From contig JAYWIR010000016.1 in assembly GCA_036172245.1 (NCBI GenBank), forward strand, positions 3,534,001-3,598,000: a stretch of 64,000 nt of DNA, written 5' to 3'. Every line of letters begins with the position of its first letter. Within the stretch, counting starts at the first letter, position 1. The translations under genes and the position numbers were made by a program. Under the pieces are notes generated by a model. It saw nothing but the letters and a program-made list of their open reading frames with translations. It was not told where the DNA came from and searched no databases. The stretch comes from Raillietiella orientalis (lineage: Eukaryota). Shown here one piece after another: positions 26,394 through 38,649 of this stretch.

Positions 26394-26511
26394 GCAAAAG
26401 CCCAATCGTTCATTATAATTAATGTCAGCCCAAATCAAAGTGTTGCCCAAGCTCTGGCATCAAACTCTGAACACCAAGCAATCCTTAGGATTGTAATCAA
26501 AGAAAGTTATA

Positions 26512-28179
26512 TCACTTTGTTGTGGTAGATGATCCCACATTCTCGCCAGTATCTAGTTGCTTCAGTAACCTGAAGAGAGCTGTGGCTTCTCTAATCCGGC
26601 TAAATTCTATGCAAAAAGCTTGCACTTCAATAAACAATTCCTAAAGCAGCATAAATAAATAGTAGATCTTTTGATACTCACATGAATGTTGATGATCTTG
26701 TTGCGAATTAGTGACTGCAAGAACACACATACCAGACGTACCAAACGACTTTGCAAGTAGCGATCACGAATAGTTTCACATGTGCTAATACAGTTGGAGA
26801 TATACAGCTGCACAAACTCAGGAGGAAGATCTACAGATGTAGTGAGTCGATTGACTACTTCCATAGAATGCAAAGTAATGTCCATGTTGACCAATACACT
26901 TAGATATTCCATGATTTGGACCGACTGCATAAGCTTGAGCAGAACTTCAATAGCAATCAGGGGATTGTTTTCCACCAGATCAGGTAACTTGATCACAAAC
27001 ATGGTGTGATGATTGAAAACAAAAAATTACTACATACTTTGCTTGGAGTCAACTCCAAATGGTAAACTAATTTTGGATCCTTATCAAGATCAGCCAACAG
27101 ATGATGCTGTTGGGCAGGACTCAATGCTGCTCGAAAAGCCCTGGCCATTAATCTTTTTGCCTCCATTCCTCCAGGACTGTTACAACACTGAGTTTGATCA
27201 TACAAGACAGAATGCTCATGTACAGATGGACTAAGCCAAACCATCTGCAATCTGTTAAACTATCAAATAAAGATCGACCCAACCTCATCTTCTGCTTCAT
27301 ACAGAGGTGGCGGAAGAGAAAGAAAAGAAGGAACAAGGCGCTGCTCCACCAGGCAATGTTCTCCATTTAACAATTGTTCTAGAACATTGAGTGCTTCTCT
27401 CGATGAAAGCTCCTGTAATTTGATTAATATGAAAAATCAGCAATGTGGCATTACATCAGATGACTCATTTTCTGGACAACCTAAAATAACAGGAATGCCA
27501 CATTTGGCTGTGCATGGTAAACGAGATTCTTGTTCTACTAATGTCATCTGCAAGGTGGTAATATCTGCCATTTTCAAGGAATCTGAATTCATGGATAAAA
27601 TCTGAAGTGCTGATTTTTTCAAGAGCTTTTCAATCTTAAAGAGCATTTTTCATTATGGAAAAACAAATCATGAGATTACTTCACGTGATGGTGCAGTAAG
27701 CAGCTGAGACAAAAAACATTGTTCCATAAACTGATTCTGAGACAAGCTGTTTTCTTTATTGCATACTTTATCATCATCACCATATGGATGCTGAGCAGAT
27801 TTATACTTTGAAGACAGGAATGGTCTAAAACTTACTAAAAGATGTATAAACAGATTTGTAAATGGATTAAGAGATATTGGATCTCCTTTATACAGATCAA
27901 AAAGCAAAGTCATAGCAACAATTCTCTGACAAGAAAATGGTAAAAATCCTGGTTGCTGCAGTAAAGTCATCAAGGTCATTCCCACTGGAAAAAAAAATTG
28001 AAACCATGTAGTTCCTCAACATGAATGAACAATAAACCAAACCAAAAATTACCTCTGAAGCAATCAGATTTCATGAACTGCTGGTGATATTGTGACACTA
28101 TGACCTCCAAAGTGTATGCAGATGCAGACTCTTTACTCAACAATCTACGTGTAAATACTACTGTCATTTTCGAATTCAT
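26512..28179 (-). CDS. CNOT11: CCR4-NOT transcription complex subunit 11
   Basis: Exons (minus): 28179-28053, 27984-27836, 27790-27680, 27625 (or 27634)-27455, 27412-27284, 27244-27038, 26987-26682, 26640-26512. C-terminal domain [20 protein letters not shown]...[11 protein letters not shown]...[19 protein letters not shown]...[27 protein letters not shown]. Confidence 0.95.
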
Positions 28180-31100
28180 ATATTTTAAAATATGAACACA
28201 TACATCACATGCATCAGAACAAGTCCTGCATTCTTAATATTCCAACATGCAGTTTCATATTTATTTTGGTACACATTAGATTTCGGATAATAATAAATTC
28301 ATATCCAAAATTGTTCAGTGTATTATTTGCAACGTAATTAATTTTTAATTTTAAGCAATATGTATGTTTATCTTTACGTTCATGGTACAATGTTACGTGA
28401 CAATTACTTTAAATTTTTCAGCAACAGGCATTGTTCATAGGGAATAAGTCCAATGAAACCTTACCCCCAAATCACTTCTATTTCTTTTTTGGACAGCATC
28501 TCGTACGAAAGACCATTATCAACAATGGATGACAGTTATTTGGCCCGAAACAAAAGTCCAAACATAATTGAACATCAAGTTTTCATTTGAATGGAAGATC
28601 TTCATCATTCAAGAAATCCACTTTAGAGAAAATTACGATCCAATGATTTCCTTAAATCGAAAGAATGTCCAAGATATGGTGCTTCACAAGCATATGCAAT
28701 ACTTTCTGGTGAGTAATTTGTAGATTTTTTAACACGAACTGAATTGAATCCACCGATTCAGTCGGTCAAATGATCGCAGTACCTTACTCCCACCACATTA
28801 CTAGGGAATGGAGGTGTTTCATTTTCATTCTTTGCTATAAGCACACCATTTATGTTCGTGCAACATTCAAAACCCTTTGCTATATTAACAGAATGTCAAA
28901 TGTTAACAACATGTTAACAAAACGCCAAACATTACGATCACTATGATCAGTATACATCCAAATTGCTGCTGCTTCCTTTTTTTTGTAGACTGCCAACACC
29001 CGTAATCTCAGACGCGGGATCCCAAATGACTTGCTTGCCGACTTTTCAATGCTTCATGGTTTAACACTTCGTTTTTGCTCCGTTTTTTCAATGGGGCCCA
29101 AAAATCACGCGTAGAGATGTTTTTTCTTACACCAGTCACTTGCACCACAGCACGTTCCGCACACGAGGTAGGGTGGAACTTTGAAAACCAATGCTGCCAC
29201 GGCACTGCCGTTACACTGGCAGAATGGCATTCCTCGTTGGAAAGAACTTGATGGCTTTCGTAATAACGGCAAAAGCAAAAAATTCTGCTTGAAACAAGCA
29301 GGTGACATGGGATCAGAAGGATTGGAAAGCAGCGGAGGAAGCTGCCCACAAGCGTAAGGACTAATGACAGTGTTTCTGAAAAAAATTCTACTGAGATAAA
29401 CGTAACCGATGACACTTGCTGACAGGAATCTCCGAATTTATTTTCGGGTTATCTCTCACATTCCAGAGACAGAAGGTGACTCACGTGGGAGTATTCATAA
29501 AGTGTGCATCAAATCTGCATGCACTTGAAAATGAAAGTTGAAGATTGGGTAGAACAAGAAGCTAGAGCTTTCCCTATAAGCCTCCGAAATGTTTAGTGAA
29601 CCTCAAAAAAATGCACTTTGACTGCATTTTGAAAAAAGTCCTTTCCATTATGCGTGAGCGGAAAATACAGAAAGCAAAAATGTCCTATTTTTAACAGTGT
29701 GGACAAATATCGCGACGCTATCGTCATATATTGTCATATCGGAATTTGATAAACTCAAAGTGCCCGCCCTGCTTAAGATTCATGAGATCTGTGAACAACA
29801 TAGAGATACTTTTATGCCAAAAATGCCAGCCGCTCTGCATAATTTCATCTGATCCCCACAAACAAGAAAATCATCCGCTTTTTGAAGATGTGCCGGATCC
29901 AAGTGGATGATGGAGGTTTCCGAATCGTATTCGATTCTATTTGATGTTTGTTTGCCTTTTAGGCAGGAAAATGAGCAAGCTGAATTTTTCCATTGTAACC
30001 GGTAAAAAATGGAGAAAATGGAAAATTTCCTTCAAAAAAATTGGCTATCAGGATTCTCCAGAACTTAGTGTAGAAAACACTGTGATGCGATGACGACGGC
30101 AGCGGTGCCAGAGTGAGACTCGACCGTTGCACCTGGATCGCGACCATTGAAAAGCACTTCCTCGCCTAGGCGGCGTGAAACACCGCTGCCGTGGCAATTG
30201 TGTGCGTGAGCAGCATCCTAATCGAAGACGGAAACTGCGATGGGATCATTGCTAGTTGAAAACTTAGTCCAATACCCCGCCTAGATAGCGTGAAACACGG
30301 GTTTCTGTGGTGACATGGGGATCAGCAATAATCCAGATGCAACGCTCTAACCTCCCTCTGGAGCCACTGCTGCCGTGTTCGCAGTTTCCAAAGCCCCAGC
30401 CGCCGTCTTTTGATGGATGTTGGGATCCCACTTTGACAATAAGAGGATCACACTGGACCTGTGAGCTTCCGCAACTTACCACCATGGACTGCCTTTTGAT
30501 GCAAACACGAACCAGGAAGACCCTCCTCTGATCGTCACATGGCACGAGTTCAGTCACACGTACGGAGATCCAAGAGTTCCAGGGTTCCTCCATCGCTACT
30601 GACGGCAGCGCCATCTGCTTTCCGTCGGTAAATCTTCAGCGAGGCGAAGAAAAATCTCGAAGGCTTTGTAGGGGAGAGGGGACATCAGCCTCCGGATGCA
30701 CCCGGGAATAATCGGGCAGACCTAAAGTGAGTCGAGTGGGGACGTCCTCAGGAAAGTGTGTCCCTTCTCAGCGGTGCGAACGACAAGTGCGCGTTGGATC
30801 GTTTCTGGTCGCCAGGGGCATGGGAAGAAAGAAACGGAAGGGAGAGGGATCGGAGCTGGAAATGACATCAGACCGACGGGGAAGCGGACACGAGGCGTGG
30901 CCAACCGATCGCAACCTCATGCCCTGCACATCCAGGGGAAGAGGTTCGGGCTCCTTCCCATGGCAACGTTAAGATTTCGGACTCCTGGATCCTGTACCCA
31001 TTGGCAATCACATAGTGCCTCCTCCCCACTGGGTCCAAAATGCCCGCTTTGGGCCATCTGCTTTCTTCCCATTTACTCCCCTCGCCGAGAAATCCAGGAA

Positions 31101-32485
31101 ATAAAAAGGGAATGGAAGCTGGAGCTCTGTCGGAACCCCTCGCCTTCGGCGTTGCTGCGGTCCGGCGGGAGCAGAGGACGCACAAGGCATGTCATGAAGG
31201 AAGGAAGGGGAGGGAAGACAGGCAGGCCTCAGTTGGGAAGACAGGAAAGGGGGTTTCCGACCGATCCTCCTCCCGTGAAAAGGGCGGCGAGCAAGCGTGC
31301 GCGGGTCGAGCGCGCTGCGAGCTCCCCGGCTAGGCTTCCTCCCTCTCTTCTCTCCTCCCTCGTCCTTGAGATGGGGAGGTTCCTTTCCCCTGCGCTTCCG
31401 CGTTCCGGAAACGGGGAGTTCCTCCCCTCCTTCTACTATGGGAAGCACCAGGAGGGCAGGACCGATAGAGTTGCCCCTGATCGTTGTGAGAGACCTCGTC
31501 CGGAGCATTCTGGAGAGCCCACGGGCGAGGCTTCTAAGAATGCGCTTGTCCAGCAGTAGGATCTTCCCCTCCGTCCCGGCTGCAGCACAGAAGAGGACTC
31601 TGCGCTCGCAGAATTCCTCCTGCATGGGTGGAGGTGTGGGGAGGTGTGTGTGAGGGGGGGGGGAGAGTACTCTCTTCCTGCCCGCAGCTTCCTCCCCTTT
31701 CCCGGTTCCGAACGACGTCATAGGCCACTCCTCCATTCCCTCTCACGGAGGATATTCCCTCCTCCATTCCTCTTATCGGGAAGGAACCGAAGGAAGGGCT
31801 GCCTTTCCTACTTCCTGCCCCTATCCCCCTTTCTCTCTCTCGACTATTGCCACAGGCGTGTTGATCTCCGGGGGAGCGTCTCTCTCGCTCTCGAACGGGC
31901 GCCCGAAGAGGCCAAACGGATTCCTGTACGGTGATCGAAGGGCTCGGCCCCGGAGGAGAAGGGGTTGCTGACTCGGGAGGCAGGCCCGAGAAAGGGAACT
32001 CACGGGACGGAGCGACGTAAGGATCTCCGGGTTCAGGACGGGGGGGGAGGCGTCAGGAGAGGCGGCACCCTTGGAATCATTCGCACGTCCAGACATGCCC
32101 TGAGGTCGGGCGGCGCTGAGAGCAGGGGAAGGAGATGAGAGAGGAAGGGGCGTTCGGCCGGGAGAGACGGAAGCGGTGGCGGGAGACCAGCAGTCGTCTT
32201 CCCTCCCTCTCTCCCTCCCTGATCGGGATAAGGGTGGGTTGGGACGCGCCGGTGGGGAGGGAGGCGCGGAGGCACCGATTGGCTGGTCCGGGAGACACAC
32301 ACGGGCGGGAGGAGCTCCTCCCATTCGCCCCGCCCGCTCCCGGCAGGTTCAGAAGCCGGCCCCATCGGTTTCCCCCTCTTCGGGAAGGCAAGAGGAGTAG
32401 GCAGGCAGGGGAACCACTGGTGCCGCCGCAGCCGCGCAGAGCAGGAAGTCCTCAGGGAGGGGAGCTGCAGTCTGGAGGCGTCACC

Positions 32486-34176
32486 ATGGACTCCAGACGG
32501 TGGAGTGGAGGAGCGGCGGCAGCGCCCGCTCCGAGCAGGTTCCCTCGGCTGCCCCGCTGCGCCCGTTGCAGGAACCACGGGATGCTGTCGGCTCTGAAGG
32601 GTCACAAGCGGCACTGTCAGTGGAAGGACTGCGCCTGCCCCAAGTGCGTGCTGATAGCCGAGCGCCAGCGGGTGATGGCAGCCCAAGTGGCGCTGAGGCG
32701 CCAGCAGTCCCAGGAGGAAGGCGAGCAGACTATGCTGGCGTTCTGGGGCGCTCCCGGGCACTCCTCTTCGTCGTCTCTCCCGGAAATGGCTACCAGGAAG
32801 TCCCTCTTCGAGATCGAGCTCGCGGCCAAGAGAAACTCTGCGGACAGAGGTGAGCGCGCCCTTCCCAACGTCTTCCTAAGGGATACCCCCCCCCGTCCAC
32901 GCGGTCTTCTCCGTCTCTTCCCCCCCCAATGTGCACCAGTAACAACGGGGAAAGGAAACCTTGAGCGAGGGATGTGAGGGCAGCTGACCCAGCGCTGACC
33001 CCTCGTGGAATCATCTATTCTCCTTTGCCTGTTCCCTCCCCCCTTTTCGTCCTGCTTTCCTCCTCCTCGCAACTCCGACTTCCTCCCTCCCATCTTATTG
33101 GTCGCGGCTAGGGGGAGGAGATCCAAGAGACGAGTAGGGATGAGGACAGCGGCGAGGAAGGACGGAGCGAAAAGGGGGAGTCCTGCATAAGAGACTTTCC
33201 GGCCGTTCTCGTGAGACACGAGGGAAAAGAGCTGTCGTTCTCTGAAAGGAAGTTGGAAGCGTCCCTGGAACGTTCCTTCTCTCTACCAGCGAAGGCACGT
33301 CTCATCCCCTTCCCCTCTCTCTGCCAAAAGGTTTCGTCTTTGTCCACCCCCTCCTCCAGGAGGGAATCCCCTTCTCCGGAAGACGAGAGACTCATTCCCA
33401 TTTCCCTTACCGTGCGAGTTACCCCAGGGATAGAGGTGAGAGTGTGGGGGATGGAGCACCCAATAGCACAGGATCGACCTTTCTTCTCCCAGGTTTCCTT
33501 CCTCTTTGCTCCGTGGGCTAGAGAAGGCGGGGGAAGAGGGTGCAGTGACCTTGCCAGGGGCGAGTCGCGTTCAGCAAGAAATCAGAAAGGGGGGGGATGA
33601 AAAATGCACGCCTCTTCCCGGAGGAATTCCACTCGCGCTTTCGGGGTTTCAGAAGGAGGAGGAGGAGCAGACCGCGCTTCCGGAACGGAGGAAGAAGCGG
33701 AGAGGGGCGGCGCCTGCCAGGGAAGCAGCTCTCCTCCTCCCCGGAAGGATGCAGAAAAGAAGGAGGGGAAGAAACCCGGAAGCGGCAGCAACTGCGGGAG
33801 GACGCAGGGCTCGCTGCTGGCCCTTCTGTCCAGAATCTTCCCCTGGAAACCGATAACCTGCCTGCAAAGGGAGCTGGACGCGCGCTGCGGAGATGCCCTC
33901 CGGACCATCGAGTACCTCTTCGAGGAGACTGACCATCGATATGGTGCTCCGATCCCACCTGCGGGCGTGAATCCGCTGGCCAGTCTCTCTCGCTCCGCCA
34001 GCGGAGCGGCCGCGGCAGATCCTGGGGGCCTCCTCCTTCCCTTCTATCTGAGCCCTGGATACTGTGGACTGACCCCCTTCCTCCAGCGCCATTGTCCGGA
34101 GCCCTTGCCCCCTTTTGATCTGAGCTCCTCGCTCCCGGGGAGGCTGTTCGGAAGTCCTACTTCCGGTCCGATGTGA
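32486..34176 (+). CDS. Doublesex/mab-3-related transcription factor, DMRTA/Dmrt99B-like (DM + DMA domains), about 295 aa
   Basis: Exon 1 32486-32849 carries the DM zinc module [50 protein letters not shown]. Donor G|GTGAGC, acceptor TTTCAG at 33652. Exon 2 33653-34176 is in frame and carries the DMA-like [10 protein letters not shown]...[19 protein letters not shown]. Confidence 0.9.
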
Positions 34177-37100
34177 CTCTTCCCTGCTTGCCTGCCCCTT
34201 TCGCCCTGGAACACGGCTAATCGGTTCCCCTCGTCCCCTTGCAAGCCCTAGAGGAGGGCCGCCTCAATACATGCCTGTTCCGAGGAACGCTTCCAGGTTT
34301 CCCTCACTCGACGTCTCCTGTTCTTTCCTCTCCCTCTAGGCGGCGCTGTCACTGCTGCTTCTGCCGGTTTAAGGGAGGGAGAGTGGCTACGAGGGGGTGG
34401 ACAAGGTGGACAGGCAGGTGCTCTTTCAACGAGAGGCAGCTTCTCTTCTTCCCTCTTTCGGATCCACTTCTTGAATCCCACCAACAGGAACATGGCCAGG
34501 AGGCATCTCTCCTTGTTCCCGCTTCTCTGAAAGAGGATGCTCGTGCCTGTGCTTTCCATGACCTCATGGAAAGCACAGGCAGAACCGTCGCCGGAGGTCT
34601 CTTTCGCTCCTCGGACCCTTCATTCGGGACGGAAAAGGAAATCTGTCTCCATCAGTTCGTGAACTTCAATGGGTGGCAGGAATACGTGATGCAGGCAGCG
34701 AGACCTCAGATGAGGTGGAGGACACATCCGTTCCCGGAGCCATCCAAGGCTGAGCAAGTTGCCGAAACGTTCGTGGGACCCCAAAGCATGGGATGCGCCC
34801 CTTGATTTCCCAGACGGTGAGCAAGTGGGAACGGAAGGGCAGAAGGAGACTTGTATCGGCTGCTTTTCCTTCGAGATCCTTGGTCGCGGTCAACCAAAGC
34901 GATCTCGCCCTACTCGCCGAAAATTCTTTCGGATGGGCTCCAGGAGGGTTCGCACTTTACCCGATAGAACGGAAGGAAGGGACTCGCGTTCAAGCAGGCT
35001 CTCCCGCAAGGTCCGTAGTCATCTACGGACCTTGCGCCAGAGAATCCTTGAACTCAAAAGGGGAAAAATCCTTGGAGGAAGACAGGAGAAGCGTGGCATC
35101 AGCAGCTGTGTGTACCCGACGGCAATATTCAAAGTTCCCTATCGAGAAGAAAGGAGTCTCCTCCCTCCGGAAGGTGTGCCGGAGGGACTAGTCGAATTGC
35201 TTTCTCGACTTTGCCTTGTGTTTCTCCTAGATGCTGCAGCAGACCGTGAGAAACTGCGGTCTGTATTCCTGCCAATTGGACAGGAGCGATCTTCCTTCCA
35301 CGTGGACCTCTCTGTTTCAGACGAGTGAGAAGGTAGGTAGCTAGGTAACTATGCTGCGGGCCCCTTTCGCTTCTGAAATGGTCTCCATGGCGGTCCCATG
35401 CTCCAGATACCTTCAGAAATCGGGAGAGAAGTGCGCGAGCTGAGGAAAGGGTCTCCCAGGTTCGGCGCGTCCACCGCAGCTTGCTGTACCGCGCACGCCC
35501 CTATCCGCATCCGAGCTGGTTTGCATGAGTCCTCGAGATGCTCCCGGAACCGGGACGAGGAGGAGTGAGTGAGCGGAAGAAAGTAGGGGGAGGCTCCCGA
35601 AGAACCCCGCGAGCTTTTCCGGAGCTCGCACGCGCACTTTCGCTTTCTCTGGGGCTCTACCCCGGAAGGAGTAACCGAAGGCGTAGAGTCGAACCCAGAG
35701 AAGGAGAGAGGCGTAGGAGGAGGAGGGAGGGAGTTCTCCCTCTTCTGCTTCTCCAAAAAACCCACTTCAATGAAAGGCGAAATCTTGTTGCCGTGTCGTT
35801 TTTCCCTTTGTGTTCCCGGCTCTCTCTCTTTGCGTCGGGACTCGTTCCCCCAATCTCGTGTTTATCACTGTTTGGAAAACACTCCAGGCGCCCTTTTCGT
35901 GGAGGCTGAAACAATCTGACCCCTCTGCGGTGCCCCTCCCCTCCCACCCGGGGAAGACAACGTCTTCTGTTCCCTGCTCCATTATGTGCCAATTGCTTCC
36001 CATTTTACCTGGGCCACAATGATGCAGGTCGACCCGCAATCGCACATTCAATGAACGCCTGTCATCCTCCCCCTCCCTTCCTCCAGGAGACGAGCACTCC
36101 CCATCAGTGGCAGCGACGACGGCATCCAGGGGCGCTCGAGGGGAGCTGTGGGGAAGGGGGTTGCGGGCTACTTTATCTCCCGCGCGGTACGGTGATGGCG
36201 CTGGGGCAGCAAAAGCGAACGGAAAGGATTCACATCGCACTATTCTTCCTTTTTCTCTCCTCTCTCTTAATACGCTGGCGCCTCGAGCGTTTCCCTCCTT
36301 CCGAGGGAGTGATCCCATCCATCCACTCGTCTCACCTTCGTCCTCGTCTCTTTTTCCCTCTTCCCAGGACCGTGTAAGACGACCCGCGAGCATCCTTCCT
36401 TCTCCCTTCGTCCCTGCTTACACTTGCGGTTAGCCCCTCCATTGTGTACCTTTTCCCTCAGGAACGATTGCTGCCAACACCGTCTCAACGACCCAGACTT
36501 AGGGGAATTCGACCATTGGGTGAACGCTCCCAATTGACGTGTGAATTCGGGGTATTGGTCCTGACAGCAGGTGCGGCGCCACGGTAATCTTCGATGAGCA
36601 AGCCCTCACTCTCCTCATCCTTACCTAGCGTCCCTCGCTGCCAGCATCAACCGCAGGTGCACCAGCACCAGCAGTCTCATCTTCTTTTCAGTTGGCAATC
36701 ATCCGTCACGGTCCTTTGCTCCCACCCTTACCCTCAGTGAACTTTCCCTCGTGAGCACCCGGAAACTCGTGCAAGGCATGCTTTTCCTAGATCCCTGACT
36801 TCTGAGAGACTCTTCCGGTAGAGGAATAGATAACCGGGAAGGGTACCCCTTTTCATGAAAGGGTACCCCCTTTTCTGCTTTCATGAAAAGCATGAAGAGG
36901 ACATCCTCCGTCTTGGCTGATGAGAGCAAGGACGTCCAGGAACAAGAGCAAGCCTTTCCATCGAAAGTTTGCATTCATGAACATTCAAAAGACGAAGGGG
37001 AGGGAAAGGAATCTTATCATCAGGGAATCACCGAGGGGAGAAGAGGAGGAGGTGAGGGATGGGTGCGGAGGTTGGGGCGAGGAGAAGCACCTGAATCCAG

Positions 37101-38649
37101 CAAGAAAAGAAGAGCCGGTTCCAGAATGCGACTCCTAAATTTTTCCTTGGGTCATTGAGCCTTCACAATACATGGCTCCTCCTGTAGAAGAGTCCAAGCT
37201 TTCCCTCTTCTCTTCGGGCTGCTGACCGGGCTGTTTCAGGCATCCAGAGACCTTGTCAAATTCGCAAATTCATTGGACCTCCATGAGTCCATAAAGCGAA
37301 TAAAGAAAGAAAGGAAAAAAAAGCTCAAAAACATACAAAAAGGGGGAAGGGGCAACTGCATCAAATTTGGATGGAATGCACAAGATCTTGCCTGCGTGTC
37401 CGCCAGAAAACGTGTGACTCAGCCTCTTTTCATCCCTAAAAGTTTCGCTCCGAGCTCCAGCTTTTCGGATTCATCTTACGACATTGCTTTCAATGAGATG
37501 CATTCTACATATCCACATAAAAGGGCGAATGCACTTTTTTGTTTGTTTGTTTTTCATGATTAACACACACACGCATCACCAGAGACAGACAAAGGGCTAT
37601 CCTGGATCCAGTACAGCGTACTTCCAGGTCACAAGAAAATCGGGAAACGTTTATGCATTGCGTACTCGCACTCAGGTGATTTGGTTAGTCAGGCTGAACT
37701 GCCTCCTCGTGAGAAATCCTGCGCAGCTTCCGCTCGTTTTCATACACACCGTATCACGTGCATGAGAGCGGAAAACATCCTCCTAGTAGGATGAGCACGC
37801 GTACGCATCACAGTTTCTCTTATCCCGGCGTTCTCTCTCGCAGGTGAAAACGATTCACTCGGGCGGCGCTCTCGCCGTGCACCAAACACCTGCAAGTGCC
37901 ATGGCGCGGGTAATAGGCTAATTGAAACGAGCTGGCGAGGTCGCTGGACCGCAATGGCTTGGTCGCGAAGGCGCGTCCCAGCCTCCGACTCAGCTTTGCT
38001 AGCGCGCCCCCAGCCAAGAGTCCGGCGTTCAAATGCCGACTAAGGCCTCAGAAAACCTGTATCTCGTGGCTGGCTGTCTCCGAAAGTGGCACCATGCAGG
38101 GGAGTTGTCCAAGGAGTTTTTTCCTTTGGGGAGCAACGAGACGCCGGAGGTGCGTTTTAGCGATGAATGAAGTCCAGATTCTCAGTGTACGGCATGGACC
38201 TGTGAGTCAAAGGAACAGTGGTCTTTCTTACAAAGCTTTTTGCTTTTTCCATAGGAGATCTCTCCAAAGAGAAGTTTCCCGAGAACGTGGAAAGCCACAC
38301 CGCCAGACTGAACGAATAGACGTTTAAAGAGGAAATTCGGTTCGGAAGAACCCTACGGCAAGTCGAGGAGAAAAGGCTTCTATTCGCGGTTTCGCGTAAC
38401 TCTGTTTGATACATCAACGAAATCTTGCTGCTCCGAAAGAGACCGCCAAAAGCAAACGTGACACTCCATCAAGCATACTCTTCGAGCTGCGGAACTTCGA
38501 GGCCGTTTCCTGGGTCACCAGTTTTCCTGAAATGAATTTCAGATTTTGCACTTTTCCTCAGAGGTCCCAGATGACCGAGAGAAGTCATCTAGGAACCTTT
38601 CCCTTTATTTCAGGGGAATCTGTCTCCGGGAGGTCGTGGAGGAGGTGGG

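Noticed and set aside
29008..29415. ORFs upstream of CNOT11 with faint piggyBac-like residues
   Set aside because: No intact catalytic motif and no TTAA-flanked TIRs.
32135..32485. N-terminal extension of the Dmrt ORF from ATG 32135
   Set aside because: Compositionally random. ATG 32486 (CACCATGG, strong Kozak context) just before the DM domain is the more plausible start.
36838..36875. Short palindromic tandem AAGGGTACCCC(C)TTTTC x2
   Set aside because: Only two units with no spacers. A local duplication, not an array or CRISPR.
30700..38500. Dozens of overlapping 60-270 aa ORFs around the Dmrt gene
   Set aside because: Low-complexity R/G/P/S-rich translations in all frames, as expected in GC-rich DNA. 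No domain is recognisable apart from the two Dmrt exons.
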